The notes under the pieces were generated by a model. It ran no database searches. It was given only the letters and a program-made list of their open reading frames with translations, and was not told the DNA's origin. The position numbers were made by a program, and so were the translations under genes. DNA of 64,000 nucleotides from Tubulanus polymorphus (taxonomy: Eukaryota > Animalia > Nemertea), in the NCBI RefSeq assembly GCF_964204645.1, contig NC_134028.1:22006345-22070344 (forward strand). Direction: 5' to 3'. Positions 22,023 through 36,400 of this stretch are shown here, in pieces (positions within the stretch are counted from its first letter, which is position 1; each line of letters begins with the position of its first letter).

Positions 22023-22902
22023 ATGGCTTTTTCGACATTACGGACGTTGTTTCGCAAATACCCGTTAATCAGTAATATGGTAGTATGCAGCTCGTTGTAC
22101 GCAGGAGGGGACGTATGCCAGCAGACGATCCGACGAGTTGACGAGTACGATCTGAAAGGCACGCGTAGTATCGCGATCGTTACGTTTTCGGTGCAAGGAC
22201 CTCTTTATTACAACTGGTATAAATTACTGGATCGTATGCTCCCGGGTACCGCCATACGGAGGGTCATACCGAAAATCTTCATCGACCAACTTCTAATAGC
22301 ACCGCCTTCTCTGTTCGCCTTTTTTACGGGTATGTATTAAGTCAAACTACGGCACTAATGGGTTTTCAGTCAATATACTTTAGTAGTTATAACTAGGTGA
22401 TTTCTAAAAGAAATTTCCCAGTGCCAGGTCGATTTTGCTATCGAATAATCTGTCAAATACAAGATTAAGATTCATACAATTCGAAATTGTTTTGCAATCG
22501 AGAGATCTAGAATTTTGCTGGCCATGTGGCGGCGTTGGTCGAATAAGAATTGTTCCATTGCAAAAATGTTCTTTTTTCCCGAATTGAATCGAACAGGAAC
22601 AAGCATTTTGGACGGGAAAGAAGATATATACAAGGATTTTAAAGAAAAGGCTTTACCCGCATTTGTGGTGCGTAGTTTTGATCATCAATTTACGTTAAAT
22701 TTACGTGAATTTTAGAATTCTCTAATGAAATCATGTTACATCAATGTCAATATGAAATATATTTTTGCAGAGTGGCAGCGTGTTCTGGGGTGTCGCCCAA
22801 GCGGTTAACTTTTTATTCGTTCCTGGTCACATGAGAACTGTGTATGTTAGCGCCATGTCATTCGTCTGGAGTAACATTCTCTGTTTCATCAAATCAAACA
22901 AG
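22023..22902 (+). CDS. MPV17L: Mpv17/PMP22 family protein (MPV17L-like), copy B (3' end uncertain)
   Basis: Exons 22023-22329, 22597-22667, 22771-22902 have the same sizes and phases as copy A; terminal exon unclear (read-through stop 22968, or acceptor near 23247); AATAAA near 23342. Confidence 0.85.
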
Positions 22903-24263
22903 GTAAAATCCTATTCGAACCCCTGGCATCCGCAACCAGAAACCCCTCCCCCTTATGACCACTACTGAAGGCATGGTCAAAAAAAGAATGGATAATTCTG
23001 GTTTCGAGTATGCATTCAGGACTACGTTTGAGACATTTACGATTGTAAATGAACTACTAGCAGCATGAAATCGATGGTTCGGCCAGCATCCAAGATGTAT
23101 TAGGTTATCCAAGACCTGAATCAGTTGCTGTGTTTAGGCCTACCCTCAAACTGCCACTTATTAGTAAAATACACTGTAAACAATTTGCAAGACGCAATTG
23201 CCAGTATAGTACTTACTTATTGATTTATTGACCTCACCCTTACCAGTGGAACTATCATTTCGATGGAACTCCTTTTGAAAGATTGCGATTTACGCGTGAG
23301 AAGCATCGAAAAACTTTCTTTTAAATGATGGTTGTAAAATGAATAAATCCGGTTTGTTTTAGTGAAATTGGTTTGTTGTGTGTAGATGGTCGATTTACAA
23401 TCCGCTGCCTTAAGAGTTCGAAGAGAAAAGGATCTTTTCAGTCACAGACACGAATTTAAATCACGTTGACGTTGCTGAGTAAAAAAGTAACAGAAATTTC
23501 TCATTCAGTTTCCTCCCTAAATCTTCTCCATCTCTCACCGCAAGCGTGCTACGTGTGCGCTCTAAATTCTAGGAAAATCCAGTTTTTTAATGAGGTAATT
23601 AATCTTTCTTTATTCTAATAAACGATAACTCTACAAACAATGATTAAAGACACAACGATTGAATGATAGCTTTTAATATAACGACTTATAGGTTTATATA
23701 GTTATACACAAAAAACAATCAAAAACAAAACAAACAGACATCAAAGCGAGCGCATATAGTATATACTGTTAAGACATTTATTCATGGATTTTTCAGATTT
23801 TTACAAAGTTACGTAATATATGAATTTATTAATTTCTATACAATTGAACATCAATGTACACGAGCAGTGAGTAAAACGTTTAACTTGAAAAACAAAGAGT
23901 TTGTAATTAGATTTTTAGGAAAGGAAAGGAATCCCCATCACAGATTCACAATGAAATAACCACAATAACTACAACAACGAGAATGCTTTATGCAAAGTCG
24001 GGCGTAAGTCAGACTTGCGACTACAGTCGCAGCGAGTCGCACATGTTCACAGTCTTGCAACTCTCTCCGGCGGTCGCAGCCGACATTGTCTCAGACTTGC
24101 GTGGAGAGCGTCGACCTACGCCCATTTAAATATAAAATAATGAATATGCCTAACACATCGTACGCATCACTTTCATCGTTTCAACATTATTCCTCTTGAC
24201 GAGAGAAATCCCACAATGATACAGTTAACGATGAAAAATTCTTGAATTGAAGAGATTTATTTC

Positions 24264-24306
24264 GAGCAACGTTTCGGCTAAACACTATTAGCCATCATCA
24301 GGCGTA
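24264..24306 (-). ncRNA. Minimal hammerhead motif within an inverted pair
   Basis: gc-CUGAUGA-u-ggcua(auaguguu)uagcc-GAAA-CGUU|gc; degenerate mirror copy on + at about 24315-24350; helix I only 2 bp. Confidence 0.55.
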
Positions 24307-25530
24307 CTGATGATGTACGCCTGATTATGGCTAACAGTGTTTACTGAATCTTTGTAGAGTTTCTCTCGTCATCCATCTTACGCGGATATTGTGTATCTTC
24401 TCTACTCATTATTCCTCTCCACGATTCCGATAGCCATTTATTTGGAAAATACAGTTTAGTTTACAGATTTTCGATATTTGACAAAGTGTATATGTATAGT
24501 AGTACTTTACAGTAGTACTTTTAAATGTCGGGAATTTTAAGAAGAAATGTTCATCCAAGGTTTGGCGAAGATATCCATAAAATTGGAAGCCAGCAACAAA
24601 AACCCGTTTTGAGCAAAATCCCTTCAACCAGTTTCTAGACAAGATCTAAGCGAAGAACATATCGTACAACACCGATTATTATATGATAAACATCCCCGTG
24701 GATAGTGGCGCCGCCTGTAACGTTACCGTGGCAATCGAGGTCCATGAGAGGCGATGTTTTATCGTTTATATAAGCACCTTTTTCTCAGAAATTATATCAA
24801 TTATGATGGGACCGAAGGATATATGCTGAAAATGCCGATATCAGGTGTTATACATAATCACTTCCAATGTTGAATGTAAGCAAACTGAGAAATTAGAAAT
24901 TTATTCACACTCATCACCTCAACGAAAAGTATACAAGTGGACTGCGTTTCTGTGCTGCTACATAGCGGCTCAGTTGTGCTGAATGGTAGCTGAGTTGTGC
25001 CGGCAATGGGCTACGCCTCTATCCGCAGAAGAGATGTTTCAAAAATGGTATTCATATCCTAGACGACGTCGATTCCCCTGTATTCGCGGTATAAAAACAA
25101 AAACAACAGCAACGCCGACCGACGGCCAGGAAAACCAACGCATTTACAATATCATACAGACGAAGTATCACATAGATGCATAGTTTCTGAAAACTTATAC
25201 ATTAATGTACATTTATACAATGTTTGGTTAATTCATATTCGATATTTGCATAATCTTATTGACAATTCTGATGCGTGAAGATGATGAATTTGTATATGAT
25301 ACACGTGGATTTCTAGCAATTATCGTCTCGGTTCAGTTTGAATTATGATTATAACACTTCACAGCTACGCGCTTCGTCGTGATTTGTAAGTAAAATTCAA
25401 AATTGAAATGCGAAGCCATTAGAAAAAATGTATATGATCGAGAATCAAAACTGAAATGCATTTTGCAAACACGATTTACTAGAACTACTGCTGCAAACAT
25501 CGTGTATACGTCAAAATGATAATCATCTTT

Positions 25531-27426
25531 TCAAAGCCTAGAATCTGATATTCTATCGTTTAGTTTATTCGACGCGTCCTCGTGTCTGTTATGCGTGGAC
25601 AACTCGTTCTGCGCCGAGAACCATTGACCCAGGTTATAAACGAGGCCGTGTATCTCCTCTTGAATCGTAGACACCGCTTTCACTATGCTGTACATGGCTT
25701 TCTGATTCTCCGATAACAATGTGTGGATGTGTTCCAAGTCGTTTTGCACTTTCTGATTGGCCGCCTGGACACCGGCTGCGTCTGAGGTCGACTGCAAGTG
25801 TTGCAACCTGACATCGAGTAGTTTTTGAGTGCGCTGTATGGCGTCCAACTGCGGTATGGACAGGACTTGTACCGACGGTTGTTGCCCGTTCAACGACGAC
25901 CGTCGACGATGTACGGTAGAACGACGAGTGGACGGTTTACGAGTGAATCCTCCGCCCAAACCCTGAGATCCCGCATCCGGGGTCAGAAAACCGGGTGGTC
26001 GTCGATCTTTCTCGTCCGCATCGGCGTCTGAAAAAACAAACAATATCAATATCAACATCAATACCCACATCAATATCATTACCGATACCAATATCATTAT
26101 CAACACCAATACCAACCAACATCAATATCCTTACCAATACCAATATCATTATCAACACCAATATCAATACCAATATCAATAGCATTATCATTATCAACAC
26201 CGATATCAATACCAATATTATTATCAATACCAATATCGTTATCAACACCAATATCAATACCAATATTATTATCAACACCAATATTAATACAAACATCAAT
26301 ATTCTTACCAATACCAATATAATTATCAACACCAATATTAATACCAATATCAATGGCAATATCAATATCGACACCAATATCAATATCACAATCAATATCG
26401 ATAGCATTACATATACTGATATTAATATCAATATCATTATCAATATCAATATCAATAACATTACCAATAGCAATATCGATCTTTCATCAACGTTTTTGGT
26501 ACAAAACATTCCACAACGAGAAAAATTGAATTTGTCAGGCACGAGACATTGAACGACATCCTTATGAATAAATATCTTTCAAAATCAAACTTCCAAAGGT
26601 CGAAGACTAAGAGCAACAACGGTTGTGTTTTATTTGATGACATAGTTAATCAAGCATGTACATGGAGCACTGATGAATAAAAATGTCGAAAACTATATTG
26701 GCGGTTCAGTGCAAGTGGCTATTTAAATATCACAGTGTAATATAGTACGCGTATCGATACCTGGGATTTTTCTCAAATCTCTGAAATCCTCTTCATCTTC
26801 CTCGTATATAGTCGATGGACCGGGTCCTGCCGGGTATTCCTGAGCCTCGACTACGTCTTCAGCGCGGATATTTATACCGTCTTTCACCCTTTCCGTTATA
26901 CCTGCCAGAAAAAAACCTCATCCATTCAACATCTTGAATCTACAAAAGTCGTATCTTGAAAAGCAGTAACACCGCGTGAGCGAGCTCGATGAGGCTCAAG
27001 CCATCGATGAGACAAATTTCTGCGATCGAAACTGACTAATCTTACGGATACGTCATGATGAGAAGATTCGCAGAGGAGCCGTGTTAACCTGGTGTAGAAC
27101 AAATACAACGAGCCGGATAGCACGTTATAGGTTAACTAGTTTATCTGAAGCACGAGCTTTCATTACTAGTTCATAGTAGTTTCATCAGATGACAAAGTGC
27201 TCTGGTGAAACTGCTATACACTAGTAGCGAAAGTTCGTACTTCAAAAGTACTATCCGCATCAGTTGTTGGATATGTTATGACATATAACTACGATTAGTT
27301 ACCGTCGCCATCTTGTTCTCGTTCTAATTTGAATAGATATCTGCGCACGAGACGCTGCATGATGTCCGAATACGACGTATCCAACGCTTCTATGTCCATC
27401 GTTTTACAAACATTTTCCCTTCTTCT
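25531..27426 (-). CDS. TRPC: TRPC C-terminal exons (27426-27303, 26901-26761, 26027-25531)
   Basis: YSDIMQRLVRRYLF (CIRB-like), acidic linker, coiled-coil-like tail ending ISDSRL*. Confidence 0.8.
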
Positions 27427-30400
27427 CTGTGTCAAAAATACAAATAAAGAACACTTATATTTACTCGCTCTTATGATACAGAATTCAGCCAGCCGATATG
27501 TGAAGATAAGTTACTAAGATAATGAATATTAAACAAGAAAACTATAAGAATGATGTTAATCTGCCCGGCTTTTCTATCTACCATCTTCATTCTTTTGATT
27601 AACATTATGGGAAACATTTTTATTTCTGGGCACAACTCAACCAAAACCACAACATATTATGCTCTTTATGTATCGTTGACATTATCTATTGGTAAAGGTA
27701 CGGCACCTGTTCGCGAGGGGGTTATATGGCAATCAAAGGAATGACTTTGTAAGCATTACACTTGTTTTGGCGAACAATTTAATAACTAAGAGATATTTAA
27801 TGTCTTCTATATTCGTGGCCTGGTTCATGACGTTTGATACCTAGGTTGGTAGGTTTTTCAATCCATGTAAAGCCATGCTACCGTCAAAATCATTGACGAC
27901 TTGAAGAAGTTGCCGTTCCAAATAGAATATCAACTATATTTCGATGAAGTTTAGACGAATTCACTTCGTGAACAGAAACTATTTTAGTAAACTTACTCGT
28001 ATGAACGTCTGATTTCGAGCTTTATCGTGTTCTAACAGATTGTCAACGGAAGGACTGCAAAAACGTCGTATGAATATATAAGCGTAACGACACGATTTTG
28101 GGGTTGGTACCATATTAAATGGGGCCGGTAAAGTGCTGCCATCTTCGATGTAATTCATCCACAGTTTCGTACGAGCAAATTTCCATTCGACGTCGCAATC
28201 GCCCTGAAGAACAGATAGAAAGAGGAGAAACCATTTTCATTAAAATGAGTGCGCGTGAGACACCATAGCAGAATGTGTGCTCAGTGGCTGACCATTTTCA
28301 TCCCTCAACCCTCTACTGGGCGCCATGCACTTGGAGCAGCATAAGCAGGTTCAAGAATCTTTTAACCGATTTAGGGGAGAGAGAAGAACTTTCGACCGAG
28401 AAACTCTAATTTTCAAAACCATTAATGCGAAATTGTCGTGAGAAATGCTGATGGATGGCTTAAACCAATCGGCCGCTGAGCCTTCCAAGTTATTGTTACG
28501 CTAACTATGTATTACGTAACTACTAGCATGTTTTGTTATTTGTTATCTCTGTACCAATTATTTATGCAAATAAGTGAAGGATTTCGCGGATAATATGAGT
28601 GTGGCTAAATTGTGGCAGATTGGGACTTGTAAAAGTCTTTTTGGTCGTTTCTGAATTACTCTTATTTACACGCAGACCATATACATTATTACTATTATGA
28701 ACATGTTTGTTCTATTAACTATAATGTCTGTACCAATGAGTGGCCGACCTTCGGACACGAGGAAGGGAACAACGACCTGCAACCATCCACTATCTACCTG
28801 GGAGCACGCTTCAATCCAACAGCTGCTTGTCCAGACCGAAACTACTTGCGGATTTGAGACGTGCCGGGGTCACTAATCACACATTTCCCAGTATTTCACT
28901 GGGATAAAATGAATTCCCACGTGAAACTCACCTGAATATCTTCAAATGAGTGGCTCATCATAGCTATTAGCATGTTCACCAGAACGATAGTAATGATTAC
29001 ATGGTAAATAGCGAACAGAAACATGCCTACTGCCTCTACTATATACGTGCTGCTTAACGTGTCCGGCATTCCGTCATTGTACTTCGGCTCTACTTGGTCC
29101 TGAGATGATTCATTTACCCCGTGTCGCGCTATAGAAATAGTAAAATCGGCATGGCATTTTCTTCAAAACAACTTCATTAAACATCTAATGGAGGAATTAA
29201 AGATTGCAACGGTGAAGTCCCTTAACAATTAAGCTTTTTTAATAAAAGCTAATCGAACTCACAGCGATTTTCCATCGTAAGCGAGTTCAATCAAAACGTC
29301 CAATAAAGCTACGATGAATGAGAATTTTGTTTTGAAAAACTAGTATAACGATTTAACAAAGTTAAATCTGAAATTGGAAACTGTTGCGGTGTTTAATTAA
29401 GTTTTACCTTGTGGATGTCTCACTGGTATACTACTGATCGGTACTTGACCAAACATCGACCAGAACAGACTATACAAAGTGTGTTTCAACCTAAAATCAT
29501 CAGCACAAGTAAATGAATCATACGGTTTTTTCGAATTTAGACGTTTTTTTATATAATCGCACGTGCAAAATTACCCCTCAAATGCCTCGGACGCTGGGAT
29601 CATGGACTTAGTACCATCGTCGACATTTACCCTGATTTCCTGAGTGCCGTAATACCAATAAAGGTTGTGTAGACCGACCATAAACGCAAATAAAACCTAC
29701 AACACGAAAAACGACAGTGTCATTATCAATGTTATACCGGCGAAACTGCTGTGGCAAGCGAAGATTCTGTGAGAATCCGGTAGGTATCGCTAGCAGCTAG
29801 TCGATTCCCTCTACAATTCGAATAAATTGTGTTCAAATTGAACCGATCGAATGAGTTCCGGGTTGACTTTTGGTTAGAAGAACGTGATAAACAAAATCCC
29901 TGACCCGTTATTGGTGTCTCCATAGGGCAAAGACCGCGGATTCCAAAAGAATATATCTAAAAAAAAGGCTACGATAAGCCTTTCATAGTTTATCACAGTC
30001 GTCAACAACTCCTAGTACGTGTTAATGAAATTCGTAAAATTCACTTAAAACGTATAAATGCCCTTAGCTATGCACCAAACTCATAACACGTATACAACCT
30101 CGTAGTATATTACGTTCCAGTGACGGAATTCTTTTCATATTTGACAGTGTTATTAGCATTGAAAGCTTCGTATAATGAGGGAGAAGACGCCGATTTGAAG
30201 CTCACTAAAAACACCTGGCGGGTGAGTTCTCGCGTATTTTACTTACTAGTATAAAAAGAACCATAAAACGAGTTATATCGCCTATCATGCGGGCAAATGA
30301 TATTTGCAATGGTCCCAGGACTTCAAAAGCTGGCATGAGGTAAGTCGTCCTAGCGAAACTAAATACATTAGCCACAGCAAACAGTATATCCGATATGATC

Positions 30401-33400
30401 TCAGGATCGTTCGCTTTCCACGTAAACCGTGCTGAAAATATATTGGATAACCTTCCGTAAATAAATTGCTCGTCGGCATACCCATAATCTGCTTGCTTTC
30501 TCTTTTTAAAGAATTTGCGCCGACTTTAGGCTTGTCAATAAGGGGAAAATTCTTTCTTGGTTAACTAGATTCATGATAAAAGTGCGCGTTTGATTTCAAT
30601 CAGCTAGGGTGATAAAACACTCGTTTCCACAGTTTTGAGTTTGAAGTGAACTATTCTAACTCCCGATTTGAATTAAGCCTAGCACTGTGGAATAAACCCG
30701 TTAAAACTTAAACTCAGAAGCCGGTTGCAGGGCCAAGGCTTCGGTTTAAGACGATCATAGTTTTATAGACAATCTAACAATCAAAGACCACTTTTGGACT
30801 AACAGTGCGAAATTCAGCTTGCGTTAATCAAGATAAGGTTACAAATGTGTCTACCATTGAGCAGGACTTAGAGCCTTAGTCTGAATTAACAAACATATTA
30901 ACAAAATATATTATGAGGTTTCGTGGTTGTAAACAACGTATCAACAAATCCAACCCAAAAGATAAAGACAAATGCTTAATTTCAATGACTCAATGATATG
31001 TACTTACAGGCTTCCATAAAATAGTTCATATCGGCGTTTACCGGCGATCGTATCCCTATGAGCAAGTTATTGAAGTACGTATAGTTCATATTCAGTAGTG
31101 CTTCCCTTGCCCGAGAGGTGGCGTTGAAATGATGGTCGGCCTCTTTTACCCAATGGTCGACGATGAACCTCATGGCGTATGAGGCCAGATATAAACTGAG
31201 TATCGTAAAATCCATGAAGTTGTAATAGTCATATACATAATCACGGACACCGGAACTGTATATTTGCTTGCATTCACTCCATAATAAACCTGAAACGAGA
31301 AATAAAATTCTGTCCATTAAAAAAAAACAACTTATGTCTTTTCTCAGCGGGTTCGAGTCCTGCTGGCTGCTTGCTGTGTGCAGACAACACTTCAAAGGCC
31401 GTGGTCTCGTCGTGAGGATTTGACAATCCAATAGGACTAGGGAAATCAAAATCCAAACCACGTACAGCAAAAACAAATATCTTTTGGTTTCGTGTAGTTT
31501 CGTCTTATTAAATAAGGAATGATTGTCCATCTGATTTATTTACTTGATTGTTTTAACTTGATTGTGCGTCCTTTCCAAATGCACAATACCTGCCGGGACT
31601 GAAACAGGAGGTTTGATTTTGAAATTGGAAATCGACGAACTGATCTCAACTGTGGAACTGACGGGGGAACTCGCTCATTTTGTCATTTCTGGTGAGTAAT
31701 CGAAAGGAATGGATATTTACCTAGTATCCAGAACATAATGCATATTTGTACATGTGTGATCAGTGTGCTTGCCGGGCGGAGAGTTTCTTTCATGAGGCTT
31801 TCGGTTTTTTCTCGCTGAGACAAATGGCCGTACCGTTCCGAATGAAAGTCCATGGTGGTCGTGATCGGGAAGTATTTCTCCTCGAGTCGGAACGTGGCGG
31901 CGGCGAGAAGCACCAAGAAACACAGGTGTGATATAGTATGCGTAATGAATTTAGTGACGGGACATCGCATCCAAGAACCCAGCTACAAAATACAACAACA
32001 GTAACATCGAATCAATGATTGTCCGTATAAATTCGTTGTTTGAATTAAGCAGCTTTGCCCGATCTTCAAAACGACCAAAGATCGATCCGCAAGCAATATT
32101 GAATATAAGGAGGCAAAGAATCCGGTGTATTTCCAGCAGTGTGAGGCATACATGGGCGGATCCAGGGGCCAACAGACTTTGACAGGAGCACAGAGAGATG
32201 GCAAGGGAAATGCCCTATGTACTGAAAAGGGGCAAGTTCAGTATCCATTCAGCCATAACAAGGGTCGGGAAGAATCTGAAACGTCAGTCCATTTTCATAC
32301 ATTTTCTAGGCATTTAAGAGAATATCAAGATTCTCATTGTGCCGCGGACTGCTGTCTGATGGGTGGAAAAAGTGCCCTAAAAATATTTCCCCCTCCATTA
32401 TATTTTCAAAAGGGCACGAAAAAACTGCGACGGCAGCAACTGCTCCTTGTGCTCCGCCCCTGGCATACGATATACCAGATTACGCTATATATGATGATCC
32501 CATCATCCATCGCTATTAAACTAATATAACAGAAACATTGATATTCTTCTTTTCGTATGTTTAACGCTGGCCTGAAATAAACCAGATTCTTTGTCTTGTG
32601 AGTTTGAAACGAGTTAGTTGAAATAAGCTTAATTACAACTCATAAACGGTTGTAAGACTCAGAGCTAAACCATCCATAAAAACGAGCTGGTTTCACATTT
32701 CGAATAAACTTCCATCCGAAACTTTAATCCAATCGATCCGATTCTTATTTCTGATTTTGAATTCCGGTATTGACGTGGGCGTCCCGTATTTCAGCATATG
32801 GTATGACGAAATATCTACTTAACTGAACGGGCCCCGGTAATCCCTAGTATTAAATCCACGACAAACCGATTGATATAACGTCTTACCTTGGAATTCGGGG
32901 CAAACAGATAGGCGAGGCACAGAAATGGTACAATTGGGACAAAAACGAAGAAAAAACTGATTTTCTTTAATAGATTCGCAGATTGTAGAAAAGCCATCTC
33001 GGGACCGTACCATATGTTGGTTAAGTGCTGCTGACAATTTGGATGAGCTACGAACTGAAAATAAAAGACAATTTAACGATTCAGGTAAAACTATGTGCGT
33101 GTGGCAGTCATACATGTCAGAACGAAGATTCAAATCGAATGAAGTTGTCAAAAGACGTTTTATCAAGATCTTTACAATACTATAAGGATTTAGATTTTCA
33201 TTGGTCCCTTCTACAAGGTCCGTGCCGAGTGGGGGTTCGGGGGTAGCGAGCGAACTCCCTAAGATTTTCAAATAAGTGCCCTTCAAAGTCAGTGTCAAAA
33301 CATTTTGGATACAATTTTTGCATTTCATTTTTTGAAAAATGAAAATTAATCCATTCTCAAATGGTTTATTTAGGTACCCGGGCACTTCATATTTTCTTTT

Positions 33401-36400
33401 TCCCTTTTCACGGTGAAAAAGTGCCATTTTTCTTGAAATGTAACTGGCCCTCAAGAAAGTGCAATACGGACCTGGCCTTCTATATGTGACTCGTAACTGA
33501 GAATTTGCTCCTTGGCCCAACGCAATTTTTCTCCACCCCAATACCGCATTATAAAAGCCAGTGCTTTGTTTTCCAACAATACACGGGATCATATCAGACG
33601 AATAGCGGGATGTAGTACAGATATCATCCAGGAGTCTCGAGATTGACATAGGGACTCGGGAATGGTGGTTATAAATCTGATTTCGCAGACGGCGAGATCA
33701 GATCTCTTCATCGGCGCATCTAAAACCGTCACGTTTGGCAAACTAGCCGATGTAGAGCACCGGAAAAACATCTCCCTCGCCGGATAGCAAATTCATCGTC
33801 ATTCAGTCAACAGACGTGAGAAGTCATTTTGTCTTGTTTTCAGGGCCTGTATATATTAATTATTACTCGAGTACAAGGTTAAATAAACGGCAACGCTTTT
33901 GGTATATTTTTCGGCAGCAGGAAAGATTTTCTATCTCGGCTCCAGATTGTTTTCGTCGTTTTCAGTTAGCAAGGAAAAGCTAGCCGAAAACCGCTCATGA
34001 ATATCAAATTTTTCTAGCCCCTTTTCATTCTGTTGAAACCACGAGTCAGTTATTCGGCATATTTATAGTAATACAGCAGTAAGTTGATAAACCCAAAGAA
34101 ACAACTCGATTCTGCGAGCCATTTTTAAAATTATATACTCATTTGGAAATAGCACATAGTAAATTAAGTTGAAACGTCAATCTATCTCCTGTGGCCGGTT
34201 ATATGGACTGGTATTGTCTTTAACCCGGGGTTAACTCAAATGGAAATGAATTGAGTTAGCCCCAGGGTTTAAGATAACACCAGTCTATGAAAGTGGCCCC
34301 TAGATTTTTCTTCTTACTGTGGGTTTATCAACTTATTGACATTATACAGCCACTTGTCTATGGAAACCAATACAGCATTAGTTAAGCTACATGTTTTCTT
34401 TCTATGAAATTCTGCGTATCAAAATACGCCCTTTTTTCTACTGGCCAGGGACCGTATTCACGAATAGTACCCGTATCGCGAACGGTCAACGAAGATGCTG
34501 GATCTTGTTGCGCCGTTAGAAGCACACTGGCCACAGGCGATACAGCTGGTGACATAAGTCATCACTTTCTTATAATCAACACGACCAGCGCACGGTAATA
34601 AATCAATGTTTGTTTACACGTCCAATATTGACACGCTATACCTTTTTCTCTTCATATCGTATTGCCATTTTTAACCGACCGAGCGGATCACGGCGTTTGC
34701 CATTGCCGTCGATGTTGCTCTCGCTGAGAACGGCTTCGACCTCCTGAGTACCGCGACATAGGTCCATCATTTCGCAGGCGAAGTTCATACACTCCTCCAC
34801 CAAAGTTAAATACTCTTTCTGAAAAAGAAAAAGAAGTAATTGTAATTGTAAATGTAATTGTAATCGTAATTTTTTGCTGCAATATTTCATTCATAGAGTA
34901 CTTTCATACAAGTTAAATACAATACGTAATAGTCATGTTATGAACAGTTATACATTTTAACCAACATTATAATGTTAACATTAATATAATACTCTATAGA
35001 AAGGAAGGAGGAAGTTATGATTTTCTATAATATAAAAGACATAGTGATATACATAGACCTCGGTTAAAATAAACCCATTGGAGATGGGCTAATTATAAGT
35101 CGTCGTAAGTTTAGACTGTTTGAAAAACTGGAAATGAAATTTCTTAATTGTCTAAAATGTCGGTCAATCTTCGTCTAAAGAGACTACTTTCTCGTCATAC
35201 TGAAAAAAACCTTATGTCCAATGGGGAAATGCTATAAGCTTGTTCATACACGAACATACGTTTCGAGCGGAACCTGATTAGGAAATATATTCGAACTTTC
35301 GAATCGCAAAAAGACGTATGATCTAATTAATCCGCGGATTACCAAGCGTAAACTAATCTTCAAAAAGCATTCTCGTTTATTTTCGTGTACCTTTTAAATA
35401 TCAAACATCAAACACGAAATTAAGCCGCATCTTTTACTATTCATCGCGTTTGAAATCGTAGACGCGATAGAGATGCGAACAGTGGCATTCGTGATTGACG
35501 ATGCAGTATTTGGATTCGGGAGCCTAAAATTCAAGTAAACAGTTTGAAAATGAAATGTTTTTGACTTTTTGTCATCAGATGGCTACGGCATTAAAGGGTG
35601 ATCGTTTGTGATCGCCGCGACCCCTCTATACAGCCGTACGGAAACCGATTTCGTCCGTGATCGCCGTGATCACCTCTATACAGCAGTATCCAAATGGATT
35701 TCGGGTGATCGCCACGATCCACCCTATAACAGCTGTACGGAAACTGGTTTCGAGTGATCGCCATGATCACTTCTATACAGCACTATCTAAGCGGGTGTCG
35801 GGTGATCGTCTTTCATTATTCGTATGTCGATGAAACACGACGTGGTTTTCAGTACATGTATTAATATTCAACGGGGGGATAATGTTCTCACGCTGCGGTC
35901 AACAGACATGTCTAATAAGGATAATACCGCGAACATCTACACTGATCGCAAGAGGAGCCACATCTAATATTCAAAATGTCACCCGTCGATGATTACCGCG
36001 ATAGTGATATTTGATGACATCTCGATGGAGATTACCATTCGTGTCGAAGATGTAATCGTGCTCTTTATAGCGGTCAAGATCGCAGATTTGACGGGGCAAC
36101 GGATGCGTTACGTGGCTCGGTGATGAGTCGACTGCGGTGGTAGATTTGACTAACAAAGGTCTCCAACTCATGAGAATGTACAGCAAAATTACGACGGTGC
36201 TTTGAGGGTTGACTTTACTTACTTGAAGTTTTTAAACGACCTTACGCTACTGAGGTATATGATACCGAGCTACACCAGGCTAATCGGCTTAAGTCAACGG
36301 AGAAACAACTGTATCGGGGGAGGGGATACTCCGTTTTTTCACCCTCAACCCGCTTAGCGCCACACAGGGCATTATAAGTGGGTTCTATGTTTCTTTTTCC

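Larger units (their letters stand above)
19045..23585. repeat. Tandem duplication of the MPV17L unit (about 19045-21350 and 21428-23585)
   Basis: Shared non-coding start (ctctgataaaagg..atcg) and end (tctaaattctaggaaaatc) blocks. Confidence 0.85.

Noticed and set aside
25937-26552. 201-aa Ile/Leu/Val-rich and 185-aa Ile/Asn/Thr-rich ORFs
   Set aside because: Translations of an intronic hexamer microsatellite; the real TRPC exon starts at the acceptor at 26027.
32819-33649. 276-aa ORF
   Set aside because: Mostly intron and repeat sequence; overlaps the TRPC exon in another frame.
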